A stretch of DNA of 64,000 nt, taken from Candidatus Omnitrophota bacterium (lineage in GTDB: Bacteria > Omnitrophota > Gorgyraeia > Gygaellales > Profunditerraquicolaceae). The DNA lies in contig JALOQJ010000002.1 of assembly GCA_025453445.1 (NCBI GenBank), positions 6,249-70,248 on the forward strand, in the 5' to 3' direction. The translations under genes and the position numbers were made by a program. Within the stretch, counting starts at the first letter, position 1, and every line of letters begins with the position of its first letter. Shown here piece after piece: positions 49,901-61,900 of the stretch. The notes under the pieces were generated by a model. That model saw only the letters and a program-made list of their open reading frames with translations. It did no database searches and had not been told where the DNA came from.

Positions 49901-52900
49901 GAGGTTTAAACCTCCGCTACATGCGGCAGAGGCGAATGAAGGCAGTAGCGTTGCGCCGATTACCAAACCAAAGCAAGCTACGCCCAGCATTGTGCAAACT
50001 TCGCTGATGCCTTTTTTGCCGCCGCCCCTGTCCGGGCCAGCGCCGGGATTTTGTTGTGTGAATTGTAAAGGCTCAAAAGATTCGGAACGCGGGTCATATT
50101 TTGTTATTTTATTATCGCAGTAATGAAAAAAGGTGGGGAAGTTCCCAAGCGGGAAAGATATCTCCGTTCTTTGCTTTGAGGTAAATTGAGCTAAGTCGTA
50201 TTCTTCAGAAGCAAATACCATAATAAACGACTTATCTCCTCTGGCTCCAGACGTCTGGTAAGTCCCCCTCAATAAACCCAAAGCGCCTAAAGCTTTTTCC
50301 TGCGTGTATGAATCTTTTATAAACGGATAATAGCCAAATACAAAAATTTGCTTATATTTTTCTGTTAATAATTCTGAAAAGTAATAAGGGCGTTGTTTTA
50401 TTAAATCGGCAAAGTTAATAACAAGGGTTTCTTGAGCATCATACCCTTCCTTTATTTTCTCTATATAAAGTTTGGCTACCTCATCAGGGACTCCAGAAAT
50501 GAAAACTGGCATTACATCTGAAATGGCCTTTTGGAAATCAGCGCATTTATGTAAGGCTAATTCTAATTTTTCAGCACTGCTTGACGAAGCGCCCCCGCCC
50601 GCGCCTCCGTCAATATTGTTATTTTGGGACACTTCTGGCATAACAAGGCTTTTAGCATTAGATTTAGTCTTAGGCCAAACTAATCCTATTTCATAGAATA
50701 GTTTTTTCAACTGAGAAGGCATATTCCTTAGAAGATATTTATATCCATTTATTGCGTTCGTAATTTCCAAACTCTCTGTTCCGATTATTTCAAAAGCTAA
50801 TTCTCCAGAGAAAAACTTTGAAATAAATTCTTTAAGTGCATTTTGTGGAGTATCAACTACAGACGATCCGAAAGTAACGCTGAAATATGCCAAAGAAAAT
50901 TTCTGATTTTTATTATTAAGCGCTTGTGTTTGATCTACTAATTGCCTAAATAAATCTTCATGATCTTGAGATGCTAATTCAATATAATCATGCAAAAGCT
51001 CATGACGGATATTTGGTTCTGTAGTTTCTTTCGGAACAACTACTACCCGCTCAAGATGTTTATTGAACTTACCATCAAAATATTCAAATACTCGTAAATA
51101 AAATTCTCTAATCTTTGGTTTATTAGAATTCTCTACACAATGCCTATTCAAATATACGCCCTTAGCCCAGAAAGCGTCCGGAGTATATTTTGATGCTATC
51201 TCCATAATATCCCTGAAGGATTCATCATCCGAAATCACCTCAACGCCCGGGATTATAAATCCATCCCTAATAATTCCCTTGGGGAGAATTGGGGACGTTT
51301 CTATTTTTCCGCCTTGTCGCATTTCCCTATCTTCCGGAATATGCTGAAATAACCGCCTGCCCCCGAACAAATCAAGTAACTTCTGCGACGGATAGACATC
51401 GCCCATTCCCCGCGGCTGGATAGGATTCTTATCTGGCCAACGCATATCAACATAATGCGGATTGCCCTTTTGAAACCCTTTCCCGCCCGCGCCGCCGCCG
51501 CGCGGAAATAGGCCTTCCGCCATTATCGCTGCGAATAATTTTGAGGTTTCAATTGCTGTCTCCAAAATAGAATCTCTGATATACTCTGCGTCCCTGCGGT
51601 ATGTATACACTGACAGGCCGAGTTTCTGCATAATTTCCCTTAACTCTTTCTTAAATTTCGGCCTTTCGCTTAATGACTGGAAACGCCAAAGGTATGCCCG
51701 AAGCAGATAATGGTACGGCGTCTCTGCGTAAGCATTATATATATTCGGACCACGCGTGGCCTTATCGCATACTTGAATTATATGCTCCGCATCCGAGTGG
51801 AAAGCCGATTTTCTTACTGCCGCTATTTTTTGATAAACACGCATCCAGCTCAATACTGCAATTTCGTCCTCTGTAATTTTAGGGATAACAACTTGGCCAA
51901 ATAGGACTTTCGTATCATGCGGTTTCATATACGCGCTTAAACTACCCTTAATATATTCGGGCGCAATATCCACAGGCACAAGATGTATATGAATAGGAAG
52001 ACCCTTGTATTCAAGAGGCACTCGCCATAAGGTTAAACTTCCGTAGGCCTTTCTCATATCTTCTACAACAACATAAGTGTCGTAATCATTAAAAGTATCA
52101 TTTTCCCCAGCGTAAACAGCTGAACCGTATGCGATTATTGCCTGTAAATTTGTTGCGCCAAATAAATCTATAATAGATTGTGTATAACCAAATTTTTTCT
52201 GCTCTTCTGTACTCAATTCTGCCCGGCGGGCTAAAGCAGCTACTCTTGCGCTTCCCGGAAATAACGCCTTCAAATAATCTATTAATTTAAGTTTTATTTC
52301 CATAAGCGCTTCTCTGGGAGAGAAAGAAGAGATATCCAGAAGCTCATCTTTCTCTATTTTTCCTTCAGTTATCAGTAAATTTCTTATTTTTAGATATTTC
52401 TCATATTTCTCCTGCGCCCGGGCTTTGTTAATTTCTTTTTCGTGTATTATCTCATCATCTAGTGGCCCAATTATCCTGTTTATCCCATTTTGTAAATCAA
52501 GTAACTCAAAATCAACCAAAGGTATTCCCGCAACCTCTGCTCCCATCAAACCTGTGGTTGTCCCACTACCTAAGATTTCTTCTGCTTCTCTATAATGAGA
52601 CCGGTCAAAATACCTTAACCACTTTAGCTCATCCACGGACCAAACTGTAAGTTCTATGTCCTTGGGCAACTGCTGCAATTGCGCATCTACAAAAGCCCAC
52701 GTCAAAGGCCCATTGACGATTATGCATTTATGCGTTACATTCTCTATTTTCTTTTTACCTTGCGCTAGTATAGAAACATCTGTATCAACTGGTATTTTAA
52801 GATTAATTGGAAGACTGTCTTTGTGCCGAGCCGAGCTAGTGACCCCACCCCCGCCCGCGGCGCGGACACCATCTTGAGCGTGCGCCGGGCTGCCGGCGGT

Positions 52901-55900
52901 TTCGCCCCTGCCTCTTTTCTTGCCTAACGCCCCCATATTCCTATGATGCGCTAACCGAAAATCAAGGATATTCCCCCCTAAAGGAAATTCCCTGCCCATT
53001 AGCTCAGGCCAAGTTATTCCATCAAATCCGCCTAGCGATGGAATATCCTTATAATGCATATCCTGATTTATCCTGTCCCTATTGCCACCAGCACCGCCGC
53101 CAGATACCAGATATTCTAGCGTTAAAGAATATACTGCGTGATTTTCGATACTTATACAGCCACCGACAAACTTAATAATAAAAGGAGCGGACTCTTGAAT
53201 CGTTTCTTCGGTATACCCCCTGGCCTCAACTGGATTAAAGCTAACCCCATCTTCTCCTTTTAATATATCCCTAACAAATAATTTCTCTTCATGTCCGTCA
53301 AAATCTAAAATCTCAACATCTACTTCTTGCTTACCAGCGCAACTATGGAACCAAAATTCAAAATGCCTATTTTCACCTGAAAGCTGCTTCTCCACTGGGC
53401 CTTCTTCTACGATAATGCGCGATATAAGTCGATACGGAACTATTGCTACATCAAGCGTTTTATTAACATAAGGCCGGATTTCTCGCTTCTGAAAGAAATG
53501 AGAACAATCTTCTATCGCTTCATAATCCTGTCTTATTTTACCAAGGCCAATTTTTTGTTCTTTATATGAACGCTTAAATTTTAAGACGTTTATAATATAG
53601 TAAATAGCCGCGACCGCCCAAAACAATACAAGCGTAGAAGCTACGCCAAGCCCAGAAGCAGCTTTCCTATCATCTAAAACAAAATAAAATAATATACCCG
53701 GGCAACTTAAAGTCGCGATACTGACTAAGTAAACTACCCAGCGAAAGGATACCCTGCGTTCTTTTTCAGCTTTATATATTGAAGCTATCTTGTCTTGGCA
53801 TAAACGCAGCTTATTCCCAACGCGAATTTTCTGAAAGTGCCGCTCTATTTTTCCGCTAGGATATGGTTGTTTGTTCTCTAGTGCGCCAGAACTATGATGT
53901 TTTATATTGAAAGCTCGAATACTACTTTGAGGATATTCATTGGGATTGTAACCTGGCATATCACAAGAGACTGCGGATAATTTATTTTTAGCATCAAGAA
54001 AATATAAAATCGCTATGACGAGTAAAATAATTACGATGACCTCCGGTGGAGCAAAACTGAAGATACATTCTTTAATCTGCGCCAAGGCGCCGGAGTTATC
54101 CACATCGTAGCGGAGGTTTAAACCTCCGCTACATGCGGCAGAGGCAAATGAAGGCAGGATTGTTGCGCCGATTACAAGAGCAAAACAAATTAAACCCAAC
54201 ATTGTGCAAACTTCGCCGATGCCTTTTTTGGCGCCCCCGCCCGCGCCGCCCCTTTTATTTTTGGTCCCAGTTGATTTCTGCAAAATATCGTATTTGTTCA
54301 ACATGGCTACCATACAATTTAGGATTTCGTTCGCAAAAACCTTGGATTGCTGATAAACCATATAAGAAGAGGACCTGCATATAAAGACGGCACTGAACCT
54401 AAAGGAAAGACCTTGTAATATTTGCATGAAATTCTGGATTTCTTCTTCAAACCGATAGGCCGGCATCTCATTGAAAGCATCCAAATCAAGGCTTAATACG
54501 TATTGCCCATTATCCTGAGGCCATATCAGCGCGTTTAACCCATTCTCAGGAACAATATTAAATGTCATGTTTGCTGTTTTTCGTATTCTTTTCACAGGGC
54601 TGTCGTAGGAAACTAAATAATATCCTTTTGCCGTTTTTGCATCGAAGGGAATTCCAACCCCGGGTCCTCTCGGCCCTCTATGTGTACTGACGTGTTCTTC
54701 ATAAGCAACTTTCAAAACCGGTGAGGATTTATTAAAATAAACAAATCTACCAAACAGCGATCTTAGGCTTGGTATCCAGAATAATTCGCTCAAGTCGTTT
54801 TCTCTGACCAGTGCGGTAAAAATACCGCCTTCATGCATTGTCTTTTCGGCATAGCGCATGACTGTCTCAAGCGACGGACGCAACGGTATTCCCGTTTTAT
54901 AATCCGGCATCACTGTTGCCCCGGTATCATCATGAAAATCATTGTTTAAAACGATCAACCTGTTCCCGAGTTTATTTTGCCGCTGCAGTATTTTCACAAC
55001 CGGAAGCAAAAGCTGATGATCTTCCGCGACATACAGAGGAACATTTTGTGCGCCTGAAACTGTTATTTGGAATAACCCGCCTCCCGGATAATCGAACCGA
55101 CCATCTTGTTGCGCGGCAATGAGTTTAACCGTGTCACCTTCTATCTTAATTTCAGCGGCTTTTTGGCATCGCATAACGGCATATTTTTTCTTCCAAACAA
55201 GAAGCCGTTGCCATTTTTCAAGAAGATATTGTCGATACCATCTTCGATCATTATCATTTTTGATAGTGATGGCGTATTGTAATTTTTTAACCAATACTTC
55301 CTTCGAAAGTCCTGTCTCGTTAAAAACACTTACCATCTGCTTAATAGCAGCATCCTGATCGTTTTTATGACACAAAATCTCATTAAGCAATTCCTGCATC
55401 CTTTTTTCCTGCTCGCCCTTGTTGGATGTCCATCTTTGATCTTCATTAATTGAAGTTATGCGTTCCAGATAATGTTTTTTTCCTTCTTTAAGCAAATGCT
55501 TCTCGCGCCGAACTGCCTCCGGTGAATGAAAGCGGCTGCTGTTCTTTATTTCCTGTTCAACAATCTGTAAAATTTGCCTGTGCCATTCAGGATGATATTT
55601 TTCTGATACCGGTATTTCGTCATGGTGTCGGGCAGTGTTCCGATCTCCGGCGTGATATCCTTCTTCTTCCAGGATAACAGCTAACGTCTCTACGCTTAAC
55701 ACTTCAAACAACTGGCGTGTCATATATATATTTTCTTCCAAACGCCCTGCGGTTCCGGCATGGGCCAAAACATATTCATCGCCATCCTTGATGATATAAT
55801 ACGGATGCATTTCATCTCCCTCCAAAAGCACAAGATTGTGCCTCTCCATAAAGGGCGGGTATGTTCTTGTCATTAAATTCTCAATAGCTGCCAATTTTAA

Positions 55901-58900
55901 CAAAATCGATTCAGGCGTTCCTTTTGGTAAGAAGACTAGATGCAGGTCCGTTATTTTGATAGTGTTCTTAAGTCCAATTTGGTCTGCAATAAATTTATTA
56001 ATACGGTCATGGAAGGCAGGGGTGTACGTCCCTTGAGTTCCTAAATTATTGGGCGAACTTTGTATAATAATGGGGACGGTTCTATTTTTTGCCCGCCAGA
56101 GGAATGTGGCAACTCCCACAAGGGAAAATAATGCGAGGATAGGCAATAGGTATGAAGAGAAAGCGGCTGTCTGCATTTCCTGTCCCGGCGGGGCGAGTGA
56201 GAAAATACATTCCCTAACCTGCCCCAAGAAGGCGCCAAAGTTATCCACATCGTAGCGGAGGTTTAAACCTCCGCTACATACGGCAGAGGCAATCGAAGGC
56301 AGGATTGTTGCGCCGATCGACGCGCCAAGGCAAGCTACGCCCAGCATTGTGCAAACTTCGCCGAGGCCTTTTTCTTTCCCGCCCGCGTTGCCGGCTTGAG
56401 CAACCTCTCTGATATCTTCATCGGTTCTTCTCCTAAAGGAAAAATATTCGAAACTATCCCGAATTACTAATAATTTTTTACTCAGTATTACAAAATCATT
56501 CATTACAGAATTAGTGAAAAAACTCTTTGGTACTTGGTTCCTTATCGTATTCAGTTTTGCTATCGAGCCTTCGCCTTTTGTTTCGACTTTAGGCTTAGCG
56601 TAAAATGTCTCAATATTTTCTTTGCTAGAGAAAATAGCCATTAATTCAGGTTGCCCTGTCAATAGTCGCACAAGTTCCTCAGATTCTGCTTTTAATGCAA
56701 TTAGTTGTTTCCTCTGAGATTTTCCTTTACGATATCCACTAAAAATGTCTTGAAGCGAACATTCAAGAGAAAGTAACTTATTCTCTAAATCGTGCAAGTA
56801 AATATATTCTCTAATAACTTTTTGGGCTTCGTAAGATAGCAATTGGCCTTCTATCTTCTTATTAAAATAAGTTTCAAAAAGCCGATTTTCCATTACAGAA
56901 ATACAGTTATTACAATACGACTGATAGGCATCAAAAGCCTGAAGTAAATCAATCCGTAATAATATATATTCGAGGGCTGCGGGTTCCTTATCTTGAAAAT
57001 ATTTTCTGATTTGATTATAAGCCTGTAGCCTATTCGCTAAATCAAATGGCTGTTCTGTGTTTTGCCTGACTTCGTTCATTACAAGATTCTTTAGTTTCTG
57101 CGGCAGACCGCATTTCCATGCAACCGGCACTTGTTCGGGGATATTTTTAATTTCTATTATTTTCATAATTGCTTGTTTAAAAACTTTTAACCTGCTTCCG
57201 CTCCCTCGCGGCCCTAGGTTACTTTTATAAAACCTCCAGCCCATAAAGCCGCTTCTCCCAAAAGGAAACGCCAACTCCATCGGGTCAAAACTCCTTAGCA
57301 GGTCGCCTTTCGCTGAGAATAACGAACTGTCATTATAACGAACACCGGGGCCTATTTTGCCACCCCCGCCCGCGCCGTTGGCCCGCGAACCGATCAAAGA
57401 GTCATCAGAATAGCCCACCCCATAGAGCGTACAGCCCTTCCAGGGTGCGAAGTCACCCTCTTCTTTCCGATCATCCAGCTCCACGTAATACCGGCGGGAA
57501 CCCTTAGGATCCTCTACCAGATAAACACTTTCCTCAAAACGTTTTGTCTCTGTTGCATCCATCACGGCGAAAAGGGCCTCCCGGATGATGGATGCGGGCA
57601 AAAATGGTGCCGCGTATCCTTTCACAACCACGGCCATGGCTGTGTCGAGATGGCGCAAAAATACTATAGCCCGTTCAGAAGACATTCTCCGGATAATCTC
57701 CAAAATCGCGTCATTCCTTTCTACCTCCGGAGCCAACTCGGCAATCAGTTTCTGCGCAGCCGCGTTACGAAGAACTTCATCCGGACGCGTAATCATCCGC
57801 GTCATGCTCATGATTTGCCTGTTATCAATACTATCGACCTTCATACATTTTTCGATATTCGGCATCTGCTCTTCGAGCCAATCCCGGGGCCAATAAAATC
57901 TCGGAGGAACTGCCAGCCCTTCCCGGAGAAAATCGCGCTGCAGTATCCTTAACTTTTTACCCGCCTCTTCCCGAGCATAACCCATTGCCTGAAGGCGGGC
58001 ATGGATCAATGGCAAATAATACCAAAACATGTTGAAAGCAGTCGTCTCACTTTCGTAAAGATACTTTCCCGCTTCCAAAGCTTCGACGGGATTAATACCT
58101 TCCAAGAAAGAAAGCATAGCCTCGCGGCTCTTTCGTCCGGCCAAAAGCGCGGCAACCGGTGAGGCAATGCAGTGATGCATTAACAAATCCCGCCCCTTTT
58201 CCTTTATAATCAAACCTTTAATTCCAACTAAAACATCGTCAGAGAGAAGAAGAGCCAGACGCAAGTCTCGATCATCAAGGTCAGCGCGATGAACGTCCGC
58301 CAATAAAGACGCGATCTTAGCTTCAGAGAGAATCTTCCGGGCCCGCTCTTCCATCCCGGACAACGACAGCCGCGAGAGAAATGCCGGACGTAAGACGCCC
58401 CAAGGATAGGAACTCTCAGGGAACCCTACCAATTCCACTAATGCAGGATACTGCTGCGCGTAATTAACAACTCCAATCTTTCCGTTTTGTACGGCCCTTC
58501 CAATAATATTATCCACTTCCACTGTAGTCAGATGGCTTGGAACTACCTGCAAGAGATCCCTAGTCAGCTTCTCCAGAGAATCCGCTCGCCCGACGGCGTC
58601 CTCTAACAGTACCAATCCTAAAGAACTCCATCCCGCGCATGTAAGAATCTCCTTAACACTAAAATTATGGTCGCAGAGAAATACATCATTAGGATAAATA
58701 TGATGCGCCTCATGATTGATAATCTGCCACATTAACTCTCCAATGTCATAGAGATGCTCCGTATTAAGGAAGGACGCCCGATAAAGAGGAAGGAATGACG
58801 CGCGATAAAGAAGCTTGAAAAGATGCGCCGGTAGAAGGGCTTCACCCTGAGCGGGCAGGGCAGCGGCCACGATGAATTTATTAGGGCCTTCGTAAGCCAG

Positions 58901-61900
58901 ATACATGTCGCGGGCATCCGGCTCTCTGCCCGAAGGATAATAAAACCGGTATCGTGTCCGGTGCATACTTTCAATTTCTTTCTTCGCATACTCCGGGTTA
59001 GAATAATGATGCTTACGGACATACTGTTCGACCATAGAAAAAATATTCGCAAGCTCGGGATCGCTGGACGCTTCGACAAAACGGCCCGTCTTTAAAAGAC
59101 CTTCGATTGTCCAATTCAATTCCTCTCTGCCATACCCGCGTGAAATGCCTTCGGCGCCCTGATCGCCGCCCCCGCCCGCGCCGCCGTCATCTATAGGCTG
59201 CATCAGGCTGCCTAAATTGACATCTGAATCATTCTTTCCTACTCCTATTGGCTGTAATAATATCGAGCGAGGCTGTCTAAATACGCAGGCATAAGCAAAC
59301 TGAACAGGATTAAAATGGTTTAAATAATAACCGACGAGCAACAATATGATGATACCAATTTCTACTTGACTTAGGGGCAAGCATAGTATATTCTTAAATG
59401 AAGGGAGGAAATATATGCATAAGAAACAATATATGGTGATTATTGAAAGGGACGAGGACGGTATGCTGGTAGGTACTGTTCCCAGCCTGAAAGGGTGCCA
59501 TAGCCAAGCTAAGAATATGCCAACTTTACTTGAACGAATTAAAGAGGCGATCCAGCTCTGCTTAGAGGTAGAAAATCCTAAAATTCCGTCTTTAGAATTT
59601 GTCGGGCTGCAAGAAGTTGAAGTTAATTGATGTCGAGGCTCACTCCCCTTAGGCCAACCGAAGCCATCCGCATTTTGACCCACTTGGGTTTTGAACGTAT
59701 CCGCCAAAAAGGCAGCCACATTTATTTTCGCCATCCTGACGGCCGCTCTACGGTAGTACCTTTTCACAAAGGCGAAGACTTGAGCAAAGGCCTTTTGAGC
59801 GCAATCCTTAGGGATATTGAGTTGCCGTGGGACGAATTTATTGCCGCTAAGTGAGTTCCTACAAACCCTGCAAGCCACCCAAATAAAAATCGTAACAGGT
59901 AAAATTAAAATCGCCGGATAAGCGAGCCTGTAAATATACTCTCCAACTTGCCCCAAGGCGCCGAAGTTATCCACATTGTAGCGGAGGTTTAAACCTCCGC
60001 TACATGCGGCAGAGGCAAATAAAGGCAGGATTGTTACGCCGATTACAAGAGCAAAACAAATTAAACCCAACATTGTGCAAACTTCGCCGATGCCTTTTTT
60101 GGCGCCCCCGCCCGAATTCTTTAACATTGGTCCCACGGCGCTATCTTTGACGAATCTTTCAAAATATCTAGTGAAATCAAAAATTCCTGATTTTGAAAGC
60201 GCTTCGGTAATACTGGTTTTAAAAATATTCCCTACTACCGCATATTTATTTCCCTTGGGAATCATAATATCTCCGCGAAAATCTACAAGAACACAGGTAC
60301 TTCTTTCGTCTGATTTTAGGCATGCTATTTTTAATCTACCAACGTATGGCAAATTAAAAAGACTCTGGGTAACTTCCTGAAAATCCTGGTCGCTGACAAA
60401 ATAGTCATTTGCAATAGCAGAAGTCGCTACTCTCCCAGCAGTAACATATTGCCTTATGCCCCACTCGGCGACACCCGCATCGGCAAGCTGTCGACCCAAC
60501 AAAGGCAAATCAGCTATATTCTTTTTTGTAGCCACAGTAGATACAGCTAATACAAATTTACGCCTGATTAATCTTGAGAATAGTTTCCAAACATTTCTGT
60601 ATTGCGCCCTAGATCTCTCTCCTCTTACAGCAACGTGGACATCTTCAGTAGAGCCTTCTATTGGGATAGACAATGTATCAAGATAAAGTTCAAGTTTATC
60701 AATTATATTTTCATCTAACAGATCACCAGAAATCTGCAGACAAACTAAAATTCTCTGCTCATAAATATATTTTATTATTTCAATAATATCGGGGATCAAC
60801 AAAGCGTCTCCTCCGGTGATAACCATAGACCTGATCCCTTGTTCCTTTAATTTATCTATAATGCGCTTTGCTTCTTCAAAAGTAATTTCTCTTTTGGAGC
60901 ACGAAGCTTTTCTCCGGAAACAAATCGGACAGTTCACTTCACAGGAATCAGTGGCATAAAATGCTATATGAATAATTTTCGGATTCTGTTGGTGCAGTTT
61001 TCCTATCTGCCCCCCGCCCGCGCCGCGGAGGTTTTTGTCAAACACTGGTCTGCTGTAGCCGGAAAGCAACTTGACATTTATCGTTGGAGGTGGTATGGTT
61101 ATATTGTGAGGTGAAAAACTATGAATAAAAATGCCCGGGAAGCCAAAAAACATTTGCAAAGACTGCGCAAACTTACTGCCAACACTCCATCCCCTTTCAA
61201 AGGGATGACTCTTGAAGAGGCAATCACGAAGATGCGAAAAGTTAGGGAACAGTTGTGGGAGGAAAAGCTTGCATTTCGTCCTTGATACAAATGAATTTGT
61301 GGGCGCGATAGGGTTAGTCAGGAACCCACCTTCGGAAATCCTTTTTAATATTCTCATAGAATCATCACCGCGGCATACCATCCATGTCCCCCGGCTGATA
61401 ATTAACGAAGTAAAACGCAATATTCCTCCTAATATTTTCACGGAATTCATAAAGATTGTCATACCGATTGTTATTATTGACGAAGATATCTTTGTGCCTT
61501 TTGAGATAGGCATAAAATATGAATCTGCCGGCCTAAAACCCGCGGACGCATTTATCGCCGCATACGCCGAATGGACGGGCGCTGAAGTATTAGCGACTGA
61601 AAACAGGCATTTTCTCTCCCGGCAAACCAATCTTCCTTTTAAGGTCATGAATGCCGAACACTGTCTTAAAATTTTAGGCAAATAATACCAAACCTTACCA
61701 ATCTTTCTTGACATCCACCATATTCCCTTTATTAGCTTATACACCGGCCCGGTAGGAAAATTGTAGAGAACAGACCCGCCCCCGCCCGCGCCGCCGCGTG
61801 GAGTTTTACTCTGCAATGCTTCATAAACATCAATCGCCTTTATGCCTAATTCTTTCCCTGCCTGAAAATCAGTAAACCTTCCGTTTATAACACTCATCCC

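Larger units (their letters stand above)
50594..61792 (-). repeat. Dispersed 12-bp junction motif GGCGCGGGCGGG (GAGG)
   Basis: Exact at 50594, 51482, 54236, 57365, 59171, 61013 and 61781; near-copies at 52850, 56378 and 60107; all in the same codon phase. Confidence 0.9.

Noticed and set aside
57585-57952. Plus-strand ORFs 57585-57896 and 57650-57952 (also 62193-62525 and 63096-63536) as further nested genes
   Set aside because: No recognisable family, promoter or RBS; they read as antisense shadows, unlike the TA genes
49832-61792. CRISPR array interpretation of the palindromic and 12-bp repeats
   Set aside because: Spacing is hundreds to thousands of bp and irregular, repeats lie in frame in a CDS, and no cas genes are present
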